Below are positions 55,319 to 64,000 of a stretch of 64,000 nt of DNA, in pieces; position 1 is the stretch's first letter, and the number at the start of each line of letters is the position of its first letter. Below the pieces are notes generated by a model that was given only the letters and a program-made list of their open reading frames with translations, did not search any database and had not been told where the DNA came from. This DNA is from Candidatus Doudnabacteria bacterium (lineage in GTDB: Bacteria > Patescibacteriota > JAQUNI01), in contig JBAZQX010000002.1 of assembly GCA_041644975.1 (NCBI GenBank), positions 84,603 to 148,602 on the forward strand. Reading direction: 5' to 3'. The translations under genes were made by a program, and so were the position numbers.

Positions 55319-55343
55319 TGACCATATAATTTGATAAACAAAA

Positions 55344-55372
55344 ATAGACAGAAATCTCTGTCTATTTTTTGA
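55344..55372 (+). terminator. rho-independent terminator after the giant gene
   Basis: atagacag-aaatct-ctgtctat + tttttgat. Confidence 0.8.
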
Positions 55373-55495
55373 TATATTAAATTCTCGATTATCTTTGAGG
55401 ACAAGATTTTGTCCGCAAGGGGAATCGAGAGAGGGAGCACAAGATAATGAGCAAAATGATTGTGAAATGATTTGCTCCCTCCTCGGGGACGAGTA

Positions 55496-55966
55496 TTAGC
55501 TCGTCTTCTGTTGGGGTTGTTGGGATTTTTTGTCGGCTGGTTTCGATGGTTCGGGGATCTTTTCCCATTCCAGGACAAAGGTGTCTAGATATTTACCATC
55601 TTTTCCGTATCCATTGATCACGAAACCGAAATTGCCGATAAAGACCCTTTTTTGAGCGGCAGTGCCTATTTTTTTATCCATATCTGTTTTGAGATCTTTA
55701 TTCTTTTCAATGATCTCCAAAACAATAGACGTAAAAGCGATTCCGCCGTTTTCAGTCCAGGCGAGTTTTGGGCTCATTCCAGGGAAGAAGGCTTCCACTG
55801 TTTCTTCAATTTTCTGGAGATTTTCCCTCCCTTTATTAAAGGTAGTGTACCTCGATGTAGCGTCTACGGGGTAGACTACTTCAGCGGTGTTATATTGTTC
55901 GTCAAGGTTTATCTTAAGATTTTTTTGACCTTCCAACTTTTTCAATTCTTCAAATAGATTTTTCAT
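55496..55966 (-). CDS. hypothetical soluble protein (possible small-molecule-binding alpha/beta domain)
   Basis: Minus strand. Start at MKNLFEEL preceded by AGGAGG (reverse complement of 55967-55980). 156 aa. No confident family. Confidence 0.5.
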   Translation of the reverse strand: MKNLFEELKKLEGQKNLKINLDEQYNTAEVVYPVDATSRYTTFNKGRENLQKIEETVEAFFPGMSPKLAWTENGGIAFTSIVLEIIEKNKDLKTDMDKKIGTAAQKRVFIGNFGFVINGYGKDGKYLDTFVLEWEKIPEPSKPADKKSQQPQQKTS

Positions 55967-56318
55967 TTTTAACCTCCTGTGCAGACAGTGAATAGCAACA
56001 AGCCCCATTGCTTGCGCTATTTTAAAGATTTAATTCTGGATTCCCGTTGGAGTTTATTTCATATTCATTATGGGACGGGAACAAAAAATAGGTGATTAAA
56101 TCGTCTAAAATAGCACAAGCAAGTGAAATATAGAAAGAGCGTAGTTCGTTTTATGTTTATTAGTATATCATATTTTGATTAAAAAGTCAATGCTCGGAGT
56201 CTATTTTGGCTAAGGTAAGCTCAAAAATTGATAATAATATTTATTTCTACTGTTTTTTGGGATAATCTGTTTTGCAATTGTGGCTTTTTTTTGTTAAAAT
56301 AGAAAAGAGGATAATTTC

Positions 56319-57998
56319 ATGCAATTTAAACTTTTAAAATTTTTTGTTTTTATATTAATACTGGGAGGTTTTTGTTTCGGATTCGGGCATTTTGTTTTCG
56401 CGAAGTCTTGGGACTTTGAAAAATGGGTGAGTGATATTATCATAAACCCGGACTCTACTTTTATGGTGCGGGAGACGCAGACGGTGAATTTTAATGGCTC
56501 TTTTACTTGGCTAAAAAGAGATATCGCGTTAAAGCGCTTCAAGAAGATTAGCGATATCGCGGTTTATGATAGCGAGGGGCGCAGGCTTTCTGCCGGCGAG
56601 GTGGAGATTAGCCGTAGTGTGGGCAATGTGGGCGTGAAAATTAATACGCAGGCTCAAGACGAACAAAAAACTTGGACGATTGAATACAAGATCCACGGCG
56701 GGATTGGCTTTTTTAAAGATTATGACGAGTTATACTGGAATGCCATATCTTCGGCGCGCGATGTGCCGATTAAATCCGTAGAGGTTTTCGTGCATCTGCC
56801 GCAAAAGGCGCCGGAGGGTGAGTTGAAACAGAGATTATTCACAGGCGCAGTCGGCTCTCAAAATGAAGTCCAGAATTTTAATGTTTTGGAGGATGGCGCT
56901 TTGCATTATTGGGGAAAGGATATCGCGCCGAATACAGAGTTCACGATTGTCGCCGGTTGGCCGAAAGGCATTGTGAAAAGGGACTTATGGCTTGCGTTTT
57001 CGCCTTATCTTTGGTCTTTAATTCCTATCGTTACTTTTGGTTTTTTATTTTTCAAGTGGTGGAAGAGCGGCCGCGATCCCAAGATGAAAGGAACGGTTAT
57101 TCCCCAATATGAACCGCCGAACAAAATGACGCCTGCTGAAATGGGCGTTTTGGTCCGCGAGAAGGTAGAGATGAAAGATATTTCCGCGACCCTGGTTGAT
57201 TTAGCGCGGCGCGGCTATTTAAAAATCGCGGAGGTGGAGAAAAAGGGGATCTTCACCACTTCTCGCACTTATAATTTCGCGCGCCAAAAGGATTTCAGAA
57301 GCGATTCTACTTTAAAAGAGCATGAGCGTTTGATTTTAAATGGTGTTTTGGGCGACCGGGAACAAGTTTCTTTAGAAGATTTGGAAAATAAGTTTTACCG
57401 CCATATTACCGGCATTAAAAATGCAGTTTTGGACGAGGTCACGCGGTCTGGTTATTTTAAGCAAAACCCGTCTCGCGTGATGCAGAAGTACATTGTTTGG
57501 GGGATACTTTTACTCGTCCTGGGCGGAGTAGGCTCATTTTTATATTCCAGTGAGCTTCTGCCGCCTTTCGCTGTGGGTTTCGCCGGCATTTTCCTCATCA
57601 TCTTCGGCCGTTTTATGCCGGCTAAAACTAAGAAGGGAGCGGAAGCAAAATGGCAGACCCTAGGCTTTAAAATGTTTTTGTCTGTCGCGGAACGATTTCG
57701 CTTGAAGGCTAATGTTGACCCTCGGATGTTTGAGAAATATCTTGCTTTTGCGATGGTTTTGGGCGTGGAAGGGAAATGGGCAAATCGTTTTGCGGACATT
57801 TATACCGAGCCGCCGGATTGGTATACTCCTGTTTCCGCTTGGACCGCCTTTTCTCTCATTAATTTTTCCAGCAATATTTCGTCAATGTCCAACAGTTTTT
57901 CTTCAGTTCTCTCTTCTTCTCCTTCCTCTTCTTCAGGATTTGGCGGAGGCGGGGGAGCGGGCGGAGGAGGTGGTGGTGGCGGCAGTTCCGCGGGGTAA
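56319..57998 (+). CDS. DUF2207 family membrane protein
   Basis: 559 aa. Signal/TM, N-terminal beta-rich ectodomain, two TM helices mid-protein, typical Ser/Gly tail SSSSGFGGGGGAGGGGGGGGSSAG. Followed by a LemA gene, the canonical pairing. Confidence 0.8.
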   Translation: MQFKLLKFFVFILILGGFCFGFGHFVFAKSWDFEKWVSDIIINPDSTFMVRETQTVNFNGSFTWLKRDIALKRFKKISDIAVYDSEGRRLSAGEVEISRSVGNVGVKINTQAQDEQKTWTIEYKIHGGIGFFKDYDELYWNAISSARDVPIKSVEVFVHLPQKAPEGELKQRLFTGAVGSQNEVQNFNVLEDGALHYWGKDIAPNTEFTIVAGWPKGIVKRDLWLAFSPYLWSLIPIVTFGFLFFKWWKSGRDPKMKGTVIPQYEPPNKMTPAEMGVLVREKVEMKDISATLVDLARRGYLKIAEVEKKGIFTTSRTYNFARQKDFRSDSTLKEHERLILNGVLGDREQVSLEDLENKFYRHITGIKNAVLDEVTRSGYFKQNPSRVMQKYIVWGILLLVLGGVGSFLYSSELLPPFAVGFAGIFLIIFGRFMPAKTKKGAEAKWQTLGFKMFLSVAERFRLKANVDPRMFEKYLAFAMVLGVEGKWANRFADIYTEPPDWYTPVSAWTAFSLINFSSNISSMSNSFSSVLSSSPSSSSGFGGGGGAGGGGGGGGSSAG

Positions 57999-58358
57999 AT
58001 TCCCGCATCATCAAAATTTTGCCGCGGGGGTAAATTTTATGTTATAATTAAATTACCTGTAGACTATAGTAATTTATGCAAAAACCTCTCAAAAAGAAAA
58101 AGAAGAGTATTACTATTGATGACTTAGCTAGGATGGTTCAAATAGGGTTTAATGAGACAGCAAAACAGAAGGATATGGATAACGTTTTAAGTCAGCAGAT
58201 GAACATTTTGATTCCATAGAAGAACGATTAGCTAGGATTTAAAATATCCTTATTCTTGATGCCGCATTGAAAGATTAGGAGGAGATATGAAAGAATTGAA
58301 AGAAATTTTTGTGGTTAAATAATTTTTTAACATTAATTTTGATTCCAAGGGAATCAAA

Positions 58359-58928
58359 GTGAGTAAAAAAACTATGATTATTTTATGGATCATCCTTGGT
58401 GTGGGAGCGCTGTTGGTATTCTTCATCATTGGAGTCTACAACGGCCTCATAAAATTAAAAAATCTGACGGAAGAGGCTTGGTCAGATATTGATGTGCAGC
58501 TCAAAAGGCGGTACAACCTCATTCCTAATTTGGTTAATACGGTGAAGGGATATGCCGCTCATGAAAAAGAAGTTTTTCAGAAAGTAACTGAAGCGCGCGC
58601 CCGCGCGATGGGTGCGAAAAATCCCGAAGAGATGGCGGAAGCCGAACAGGGACTCTCTGGGGCATTGAAGACTTTATTCGCCGTTGCCGAAAATTATCCA
58701 GAATTAAAAGCCAATGAGAATTTTTTGAAACTACAGGAAGATTTAACAGACACGGAGAATAAGATTGAGGCAGCGCGCCGGTTTTACAATGGTAATGTGA
58801 GGGATTACAATACCAGGCAAGAAGTTTTTCCATACAGTATAATTGCCAAGACGTTTGGATTTACAAAACAGCAGTTTTTCCAGACCGAAAATGAGGAGGA
58901 AAGAGAGGCGCCCGAGGTGAAGTTCTAG
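58359..58928 (+). CDS. lemA: LemA family protein
   Basis: 189 aa. N-terminal TM. NGLIKLKNLTEEAWSDIDVQLKRRYNLIPNLV...YAAHEKEVFQKVTEARA is the LemA signature region. Confidence 0.9.
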   Translation: MSKKTMIILWIILGVGALLVFFIIGVYNGLIKLKNLTEEAWSDIDVQLKRRYNLIPNLVNTVKGYAAHEKEVFQKVTEARARAMGAKNPEEMAEAEQGLSGALKTLFAVAENYPELKANENFLKLQEDLTDTENKIEAARRFYNGNVRDYNTRQEVFPYSIIAKTFGFTKQQFFQTENEEEREAPEVKF

Positions 58929-58929
58929 C

Positions 58930-59095
58930 GAGTATTTTTTCATCTTGTGTTTTCCCTGCCTCCTCCTTGGCCTTGCTCTGCCGACCTGTCCGCCGAAGTG
59001 AAACGAAGGAGGAAGCTCTAAAGAGCGTAGGTGGGTAAGGGGGAGTGATTCTTTCTCCCCTGACAAGGGGAGATGAAAGAGGGGTTTTTAACTTA
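58930..59095 (+). repeat. GC-rich structured intergenic element sharing the ctcccctgaca..ggggagat.agagaggggttt core with 40560-40690 and 43119-43284
   Basis: ttctcccctgacaaggggagatgaaagaggggttttt at 59050-59090, compared with ttctcccctgacacttg...ggggagattagagaggggttt at 40600-40665. Confidence 0.5.
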
Positions 59096-59104
59096 ATAAA
59101 ATTA

Positions 59105-59138
59105 ATCCCCCGCCTTTGAAGGCGGGGGATTTTTTCTT
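59105..59138. terminator. bidirectional terminator between lemA (+) and the PQQ-repeat gene (-)
   Basis: atcccccgcc-tttgaa-ggcgggggat + ttttttc. Perfect 10-bp stem, A-rich upstream. Confidence 0.85.
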
Positions 59139-59246
59139 TTCTTTTGTTTTTTCTCCTGCTTTGCCTTTATTTAATTTCAGGCAAAGCAGGTTTTATCTCA
59201 CGAAAAAAGCGCTTTTACGGAGATTGATCTTGTGTAAAATTACTGA

Positions 59247-60416
59247 TTATTTACCGAAAGCAGTGATTGTTGAATTTTTATCTGTATGCGAGACCACGAT
59301 AATCATTCCGGGACTTACTGTGGCTGGCGTGGTAATCTCACCGGCTAATTTCTTTTTCCAAATCAGAGTGCCCGCGCGGTCCACGCAGTAGAAATTACCG
59401 CTTTGGTTACCAAAGCATATTTTTTTATCGGCGACAATCGGAGAGGCTTCCGAGGCTACGCCACTTTTGTAGCGCCAAAAGATATTGCCATTATCGCTAC
59501 CCATACTAGTTAGTTCACCATTGCCGTTTAAAGCATAAATACGGTTATAGGCGAGGGCGGGGGCATCGTTAAATTCATCGCCTCCTTCTTTAGACCAGGA
59601 GAGCGTGCCATCACTGTAACGGAATGCGTATATTTTACCGTCTGTGCCTCCGGCATAAATCAAGTTATTTCCCGCTGATACAGAGGTCAATTTGGTGTTC
59701 GCGTCCGTTTCATATGACCAATATTGGTTGCCATTACTGGGATTCAGGCAAAAAAGCTCAAATTTGTTCTCCGTGTTTGTTTCCACGCCCACGTAAATTT
59801 TGTTTTTGTAAATCGCGGGCGAGGTTGAAATTTTGTCCCCTAGTTTTTCGCGCCAATCCCTTTTACCCGTTTGCACATTTAAGGCGTAAAGATAGCCATC
59901 TTCTGAACCTATAAAGACCTGATTTCCGAGAATAACCGGTGAAGAATTAATTATTCCTTCGGTGAGATGGCGCCAAACCTGTTTTCCATCCTGTACATTT
60001 AAAGCGTAGACAAATTTATCTTGACCGCCGATAATTACTTTATTCGCGCTGATGGTCGGCGAAGATTTCCCAAAGGATTTTTGTCCTTTGAAAGTCCACA
60101 GTTCTTTGCCAGTCTTTAAATCAAGAGCGTGCACTTTTCCGTCTAAAGCGCCAAAAAAGACTTTATTCTCGGCAACCGTGGGAGAGCCCAGGATGACTCC
60201 TTTTTGATTGCCTTTCTCTTTGAGTTCATAAGCCCAGGCGACCGTAGCATTGGCTGGCGATCCGCTGGTGGAAAATCCTGTCCGGCTGACATCGCCGTGA
60301 AAGGTGAACCAGGTACTTGCTGATAAACCCAGAAGATCAGGCTTAATAATGGTAATGCAGAAAACAGCAAGGGCGCCTGTACCCACACAAAGAAGAAGGG
60401 TTAAAACCTTTTTCAT
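59247..60416 (-). CDS. PQQ-repeat beta-propeller protein (BamB-like), secreted
   Basis: 389 aa on the minus strand with a signal peptide. Repeated GKVHALDLKTGKELWTF / YVYALNVQDGKQVWRH / YLYALNVQTGKRDWRE blades, i.e. the PQQ-like repeat. Confidence 0.8.
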   Translation of the reverse strand: MKKVLTLLLCVGTGALAVFCITIIKPDLLGLSASTWFTFHGDVSRTGFSTSGSPANATVAWAYELKEKGNQKGVILGSPTVAENKVFFGALDGKVHALDLKTGKELWTFKGQKSFGKSSPTISANKVIIGGQDKFVYALNVQDGKQVWRHLTEGIINSSPVILGNQVFIGSEDGYLYALNVQTGKRDWREKLGDKISTSPAIYKNKIYVGVETNTENKFELFCLNPSNGNQYWSYETDANTKLTSVSAGNNLIYAGGTDGKIYAFRYSDGTLSWSKEGGDEFNDAPALAYNRIYALNGNGELTSMGSDNGNIFWRYKSGVASEASPIVADKKICFGNQSGNFYCVDRAGTLIWKKKLAGEITTPATVSPGMIIVVSHTDKNSTITAFGK

Positions 60417-60569
60417 ATTTTTGATTTTAATTTTTTATGATTTTCAAAGTTAGCTTGATTATAGCACATCTCTACTTTATGCGCAAAAGGCGTGGATTAT
60501 TTATCCCCAGTTGTGATGAGAGAAATAAAGAACCAATAATGGTATAATAGAATCAATAATAATTATTAG

Positions 60570-60632
60570 TTTACCCCGTTAGAAATAAATTTCTAAGCAG
60601 GGTTAGAGAATAAAGTTCTCCAACGGGGTTTA
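60570..60632 (+). repeat. repeat family D, extended copy
   Basis: tttaccccgttagaaataaatttctaagcagggttagagaataaagttctccaacggggtttac. Same architecture as 50231, more diverged. Confidence 0.7.
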
Positions 60633-60637
60633 CAAGA

Positions 60638-60880
60638 ATGATTTTTGGCGTAATTTTGGTGGCAATAGGGGTAATTTTTCTATTGCAAAACCTAGACATT
60701 ATTACGGGCAACGCGTGGAAGATTATTTGGCCGATAGTGGTGATTTTGATTGGGATTGGGTTTATCTTTAGTCGGCGGCGGCGTCTCGCGGATCAGAATC
60801 AGCCTAACCGCCGCAGGTTTTTTAAAGAGAGACCTGGCCATTTTGAGCAAGAAAGCGGAAAGCGGGGCAAGGAGGAATAG
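60638..60880 (+). CDS. small membrane protein (hypothetical)
   Basis: 80 aa with two TM helices then an Arg-rich tail. Flanked by family-D palindromes. Confidence 0.4.
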   Translation: MIFGVILVAIGVIFLLQNLDIITGNAWKIIWPIVVILIGIGFIFSRRRRLADQNQPNRRRFFKERPGHFEQESGKRGKEE

Positions 60881-60926
60881 ATTTAAGCGATCCAGAAAGG
60901 GGAGGGGTTTTTATTCCTTAAGCATT

Positions 60927-60962
60927 TTACTCCGATAGAAATAAATTTCTAACGGGGTTTAC
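60927..60962 (+). repeat. repeat family D, core copy
   Basis: tttactccgatagaaataaatttctaacggggtttac. Between the convergent 60638 (+) and rpe (-) genes. Plausibly a bidirectional terminator. Confidence 0.7.
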
Positions 60963-61608
60963 GCATCTGGCGGGTATTTTTTACATAGGCTGGACTCGCG
61001 AAAACACTGGAACTGCCCCCTACGAAAATATTAGCGCCCGCCTTTTTCAATAACCCTAGGTTGTGCTCGCCAATGTTGCCGTCCACTTCAATTTCTATTT
61101 TTAGATTTTGTTTTTGAATCATCGTCTTCAGCTCCCTCACTTTATCTAAAACCGCGGGAATCCATTTTTGTCCCGCAAAGCCGGGGTTCACGGTCATCAG
61201 GAGGACGAGATCCAGCTCGGGAAGAAGATATTGAATTGTAGAAAGAGGGGTGGCGGGATTGAGAGCAATGGTCGCTTTCGCGCCGAGAGTTTTAATTTGC
61301 GCTAAGACGCGTTGGGGGTGAAGATTGGCTTCAATATGAAAAGAGAGAATATCTCTTTTTTTTAATTCCCAGAGGTCAAGATATTGCTCGGGATGCTCAA
61401 TCATCAGATGAATGTCTAAGGGTAGATGAGAAAACCCTCTTATTTTTTTAACTAAGTCAGGACCGAAAGTAAAATTCGGGACGAAATGCCCATCCATAAT
61501 GTCAATGTGGAGATAGTCCACCCCGGCTTTTTCTAGTTTTTTAATCTCCGCCGCGATATTCCCTAAATCAGCACACATTAGAGAGGCGGAAATCTTGGGT
61601 CGGAACAT
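60949..61608 (-). CDS. rpe: ribulose-phosphate 3-epimerase
   Basis: 219 aa. ISASLMCADLGNIAAEIKKLEKAGVDYLHIDIMDGHFVPN...HLM...NPGFAGQ...GGS matches the Rpe TIM-barrel catalytic motifs. Confidence 0.9.
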   Translation of the reverse strand: MFRPKISASLMCADLGNIAAEIKKLEKAGVDYLHIDIMDGHFVPNFTFGPDLVKKIRGFSHLPLDIHLMIEHPEQYLDLWELKKRDILSFHIEANLHPQRVLAQIKTLGAKATIALNPATPLSTIQYLLPELDLVLLMTVNPGFAGQKWIPAVLDKVRELKTMIQKQNLKIEIEVDGNIGEHNLGLLKKAGANIFVGGSSSVFASPAYVKNTRQMRKPR

Positions 61609-61644
61609 AGTATTTCTTATATTAAAAAATAAAAAATTATTCCA

Positions 61645-62868
61645 TTAGTGTCTCCTTGGTCTAAATATGCCGCCCTTTAAAGTTTTGCTCAATAGCTCTT
61701 CCCATTCCTTCGCAATCGTCTCCCAACCAAATCCAGCGAGAGCGCGTTTTCTTCCATTTTGGCCAATCTCTTTGAGGTTAGCGGGGTTTTTTAGGAGGCG
61801 GATAATAAGGGGGGCAAGTTCTTCTTGGTGGCGGAAAACAAAACCAGTTGCTTGATTCTGAATGGTTTCTTCTAGAGCGGAAAGACCACCACCCACCACC
61901 GGTGTCCCTGCTGCTTGAGCTTCTAGCGCGCTAATGCAAGATGATTCTTGGTTTTGGACTTGGGGATTAACGACCACGAGAGCGGCGGACATCATTTCTT
62001 TTGCGAGCAAGGAGGGGGGGAGAGCGCCTCGGAGATAAAGATGGTCGCGGATCCTTCCCTCTTCATTATAAATATATTTTTTGATTTGAGCAAAAAATTC
62101 ATCGCCGTCAAAATAACCCGTTACTTTATCCGCATTTTCTTTTTTATACTGCTCTATGGAACCGCACATATGCAACTCTGCTTGGGGTAGATCTTTCTGA
62201 ATTTGAGGAAAGACTTTCAGAATTTTGTCTGGATTTTTTTGCCGGTTAAAAACACCAACGTAAAGGATTTTATAGGGTTTTTTCGCGATGCGGCGGTAAA
62301 GTTTTTCAGAAAAGAGATCAAGATTCACCCCATTATAAATGAAAGTAAACTTATTTTTGATTTTTTGGCGGTAGGTTGGGTGGAAAAAATATTTCATTTT
62401 GAATCGGGGAGGAAAATGTTTCACAGTGTGATGAAGCACGACTTGGCGGGCATGATGGGTGCTGCAGACTACCTCGTTAATTCGGTTGGCGAGAAGGTGT
62501 TCCACGGTGTTTGGTTTGAGGCTTAAGCCATTCGCCCAGCAGACGGTTTTTTGAACCGAGGGCTTGTGGTAGAGGAGGACGTTGGATAGGTCGCCCACGA
62601 GAATGAGAATGTCTGCTTGCCCTATTTTTTGAAAGGCAATTCTAATTTCCTTTTCCGAATTTGCGCCTTGGGCAGAGAGGGGAATCCACTGAATATGGTC
62701 TATTTCTTTCTCCTCTGGTGTTTGGCAAATAAAAAAAACTTGATGTTTATGAGCAAGTTGTTTGGCAAGATATCCGGCGGCAAACTCTGTTCCACCCACA
62801 GGATCTTTTTGGAAAGTTTCTGTATTGAATTTTTTGGGATAATCTCCGCGGTAAAAGATAATTTTCAT
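61645..62868 (-). CDS. glycosyltransferase family 4 (GT-B fold, GT1-domain) protein
   Basis: 407 aa. N-terminal GGTEFAAGYLAKQLA (GT4 N-terminal domain). C-terminal ESSCISALEAQAAGTPVV is the E-x7-E motif region. Confidence 0.85.
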   Translation of the reverse strand: MKIIFYRGDYPKKFNTETFQKDPVGGTEFAAGYLAKQLAHKHQVFFICQTPEEKEIDHIQWIPLSAQGANSEKEIRIAFQKIGQADILILVGDLSNVLLYHKPSVQKTVCWANGLSLKPNTVEHLLANRINEVVCSTHHARQVVLHHTVKHFPPRFKMKYFFHPTYRQKIKNKFTFIYNGVNLDLFSEKLYRRIAKKPYKILYVGVFNRQKNPDKILKVFPQIQKDLPQAELHMCGSIEQYKKENADKVTGYFDGDEFFAQIKKYIYNEEGRIRDHLYLRGALPPSLLAKEMMSAALVVVNPQVQNQESSCISALEAQAAGTPVVGGGLSALEETIQNQATGFVFRHQEELAPLIIRLLKNPANLKEIGQNGRKRALAGFGWETIAKEWEELLSKTLKGGIFRPRRH

Positions 62869-62984
62869 AGTTTTTTATTTGTCTCTAAAAATTTTGATGA
62901 GAAGATAAGATTTTATGGTATAATGGAAGTAATCAAATTTTTAATTGACCTAATTCTAATTAGTCTAATTAACCGTTCCGCGCT

Positions 62985-63431
62985 TTGGAGGTCCGCTCTT
63001 CGAGTCTGAACGACCTAAGGCGAATAGTGAATCGTGTCGCACTTTTCATGGCTATGCCAGACTTCAGTCCGAAGGATCTTCAGACGTGCGACCTCCATTT
63101 AGGAAAATTAGAAATTCCCTTTATGCTTTATTTACTATTCATCTCTCTCTATCTAATTTTTGGCTTAATTCTTTTTTTGTTAGTTTATTGTGTATTCAGC
63201 TTCTTTCGTGTCCGGAGGGGAAAAAGAGAAGGTTCGCTTCCTAGCCGCTTGAAAAGCGCCTTGCGATTTTTGGAGGCGGAAGGTAGCGTGACAATGGATG
63301 AGTATGGAGACTATTTTAGTATCTCGGGAGAATCAAGTTTTAAAGATTTAGAGATGTTAGAGAATTTAGGTTTTGCGGAGAGGGTGGGAGAAGGAAGAGA
63401 TATTTATTATCGTTTTATCGGACGAACTTAA
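62985..63431 (+). CDS. hypothetical protein (weak; possibly a shorter winged-helix-like product from the Met near 63292)
   Basis: 148-aa ORF with a hydrophobic middle. C-terminal MDEYGDYFSISGESSFKDLEMLENLGFAERVGEGRDIYYRF is wHTH-like. Confidence 0.3.
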   Translation: MEVRSSSLNDLRRIVNRVALFMAMPDFSPKDLQTCDLHLGKLEIPFMLYLLFISLYLIFGLILFLLVYCVFSFFRVRRGKREGSLPSRLKSALRFLEAEGSVTMDEYGDYFSISGESSFKDLEMLENLGFAERVGEGRDIYYRFIGRT

Positions 63432-63461
63432 AATGGAGGCGCGAAATTTCACGTTGCTATT

Positions 63462-64000
63462 TTAAAGGTTAGGGTTTTTTAGTTTATGGTTGACGCGAAA
63501 AAAGATTTTATCTTTTAGTCTTTGCCCTAAGCCGTTGATACTTTGGTGACCCAAAAGGATAAATCCGGGGATGGTCATCACGAGGGTAATAATGCGCAGG
63601 ATTATTACAAAAGAGATTCCCGTTCCTAAAGGCACATTGGTGATGAGAGATAATAGGCCTTGGCCTAATTCATGGATGCCCAAGAGAGTAGGGATGGGAA
63701 TTAAAATGAGAGCTTGGGTGAGAGAGAAGATTAGAATTAACTCTAAAAAACTGGACGCATAGCCTAAGAAAAGGATGATAAGATAGAAACGGAGGATATA
63801 GCAACTAATATTAAGGAAAGCAAGTAAAATAGTGAGGGGAAAGTCGCGAGGGTAATGATGCAGATAATAAATTATACAGCGGTCAATATTGTGAATAACT
63901 TTTTTATTTTTCTGGAAAAATGCGAATTTTTTTAAGCCGAAGTAATGGGTAGCGAGGCTGAAGAAGCCGCGTCTTTGGATCGTGTAATAGAAAAAGGCGA
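63462..64000 (-). CDS. polytopic membrane protein, partial (N-terminus beyond window end)
   Basis: Manual translation of the minus strand shows the reading frame stays open from 63462 to the window edge with no stop. The ORF track reports only the part after an internal TTG. Multiple TM helices (...ILLAFLNISCYILRFYLIILFLGY..., ...GISFVIILRIITLVMTIPGFILLG...). Confidence 0.4.
   Translation of the reverse strand, partial: AFFYYTIQRRGFFSLATHYFGLKKFAFFQKNKKVIHNIDRCIIYYLHHYPRDFPLTILLAFLNISCYILRFYLIILFLGYASSFLELILIFSLTQALILIPIPTLLGIHELGQGLLSLITNVPLGTGISFVIILRIITLVMTIPGFILLGHQSINGLGQRLKDKIFFRVNHKLKNPNL

Noticed and set aside
37285-60962. Repeated 24-36-bp palindromes (family D) considered as a CRISPR array.
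   Set aside because: Copies are 0.4-11 kb apart, not regularly spaced, separated by genes, and no cas genes are present.
1-64000. Alternative genetic code (UGA-recoding, as in Gracilibacteria/Absconditabacteria or mollicutes) considered because of low GC and CPR-like gene content.
   Set aside because: ORFs of 1000-1600 codons are uninterrupted under the standard code and gene boundaries coincide with terminators, so standard code 11 is adequate.

Overview
This is an AT-rich window (roughly 35-40% GC by eye) with ordinary bacterial gene signals: rho-independent terminator hairpins with T-runs, extended -10-like promoters and polycistronic + strand packing. About 57 protein-coding genes are supportable, and almost all sit on the + strand up to about 55.3 kb. 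No rRNA, tRNA or CRISPR array could be recognised. Gene content is dominated by large secreted or membrane-anchored surface proteins, Cys-rich repeat proteins and many hypotheticals. The recognisable housekeeping or accessory genes are: an SPFH/prohibitin-family protein; a P-type cation ATPase; an M23 peptidase; an ArsM-like methyltransferase; three NUDIX hydrolases plus an HD phosphohydrolase; a Gfo/Idh/MocA oxidoreductase and a xylose-isomerase-like TIM-barrel enzyme; a LemA/DUF2207 pair; ribulose-phosphate 3-epimerase; and a GT4 glycosyltransferase. The gene content and genome style suggest a small-genome uncultivated lineage such as CPR/Patescibacteria, but this is inference only. The most striking sequence-level property is the density of interspersed intergenic repeats: at least five families (labelled A-E below), each recurring 3-7 times and many containing GC-rich palindromes. 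The candidate systems worth follow-up are:
1. A 1600-aa membrane protein carrying a C-terminal GT-A (DxD) glycosyltransferase domain, at the end of an operon of small charged proteins.
2. An ArsM-like methyltransferase flanked by two paralogous secreted Cys-repeat proteins.
3. A GC-richer, SD-using three-gene island that includes a stand-alone ribosomal L7/L12 C-terminal-domain-like protein.
4. A kinase-like N-terminus fused to a polytopic membrane domain, sitting within the NUDIX/HD cluster.
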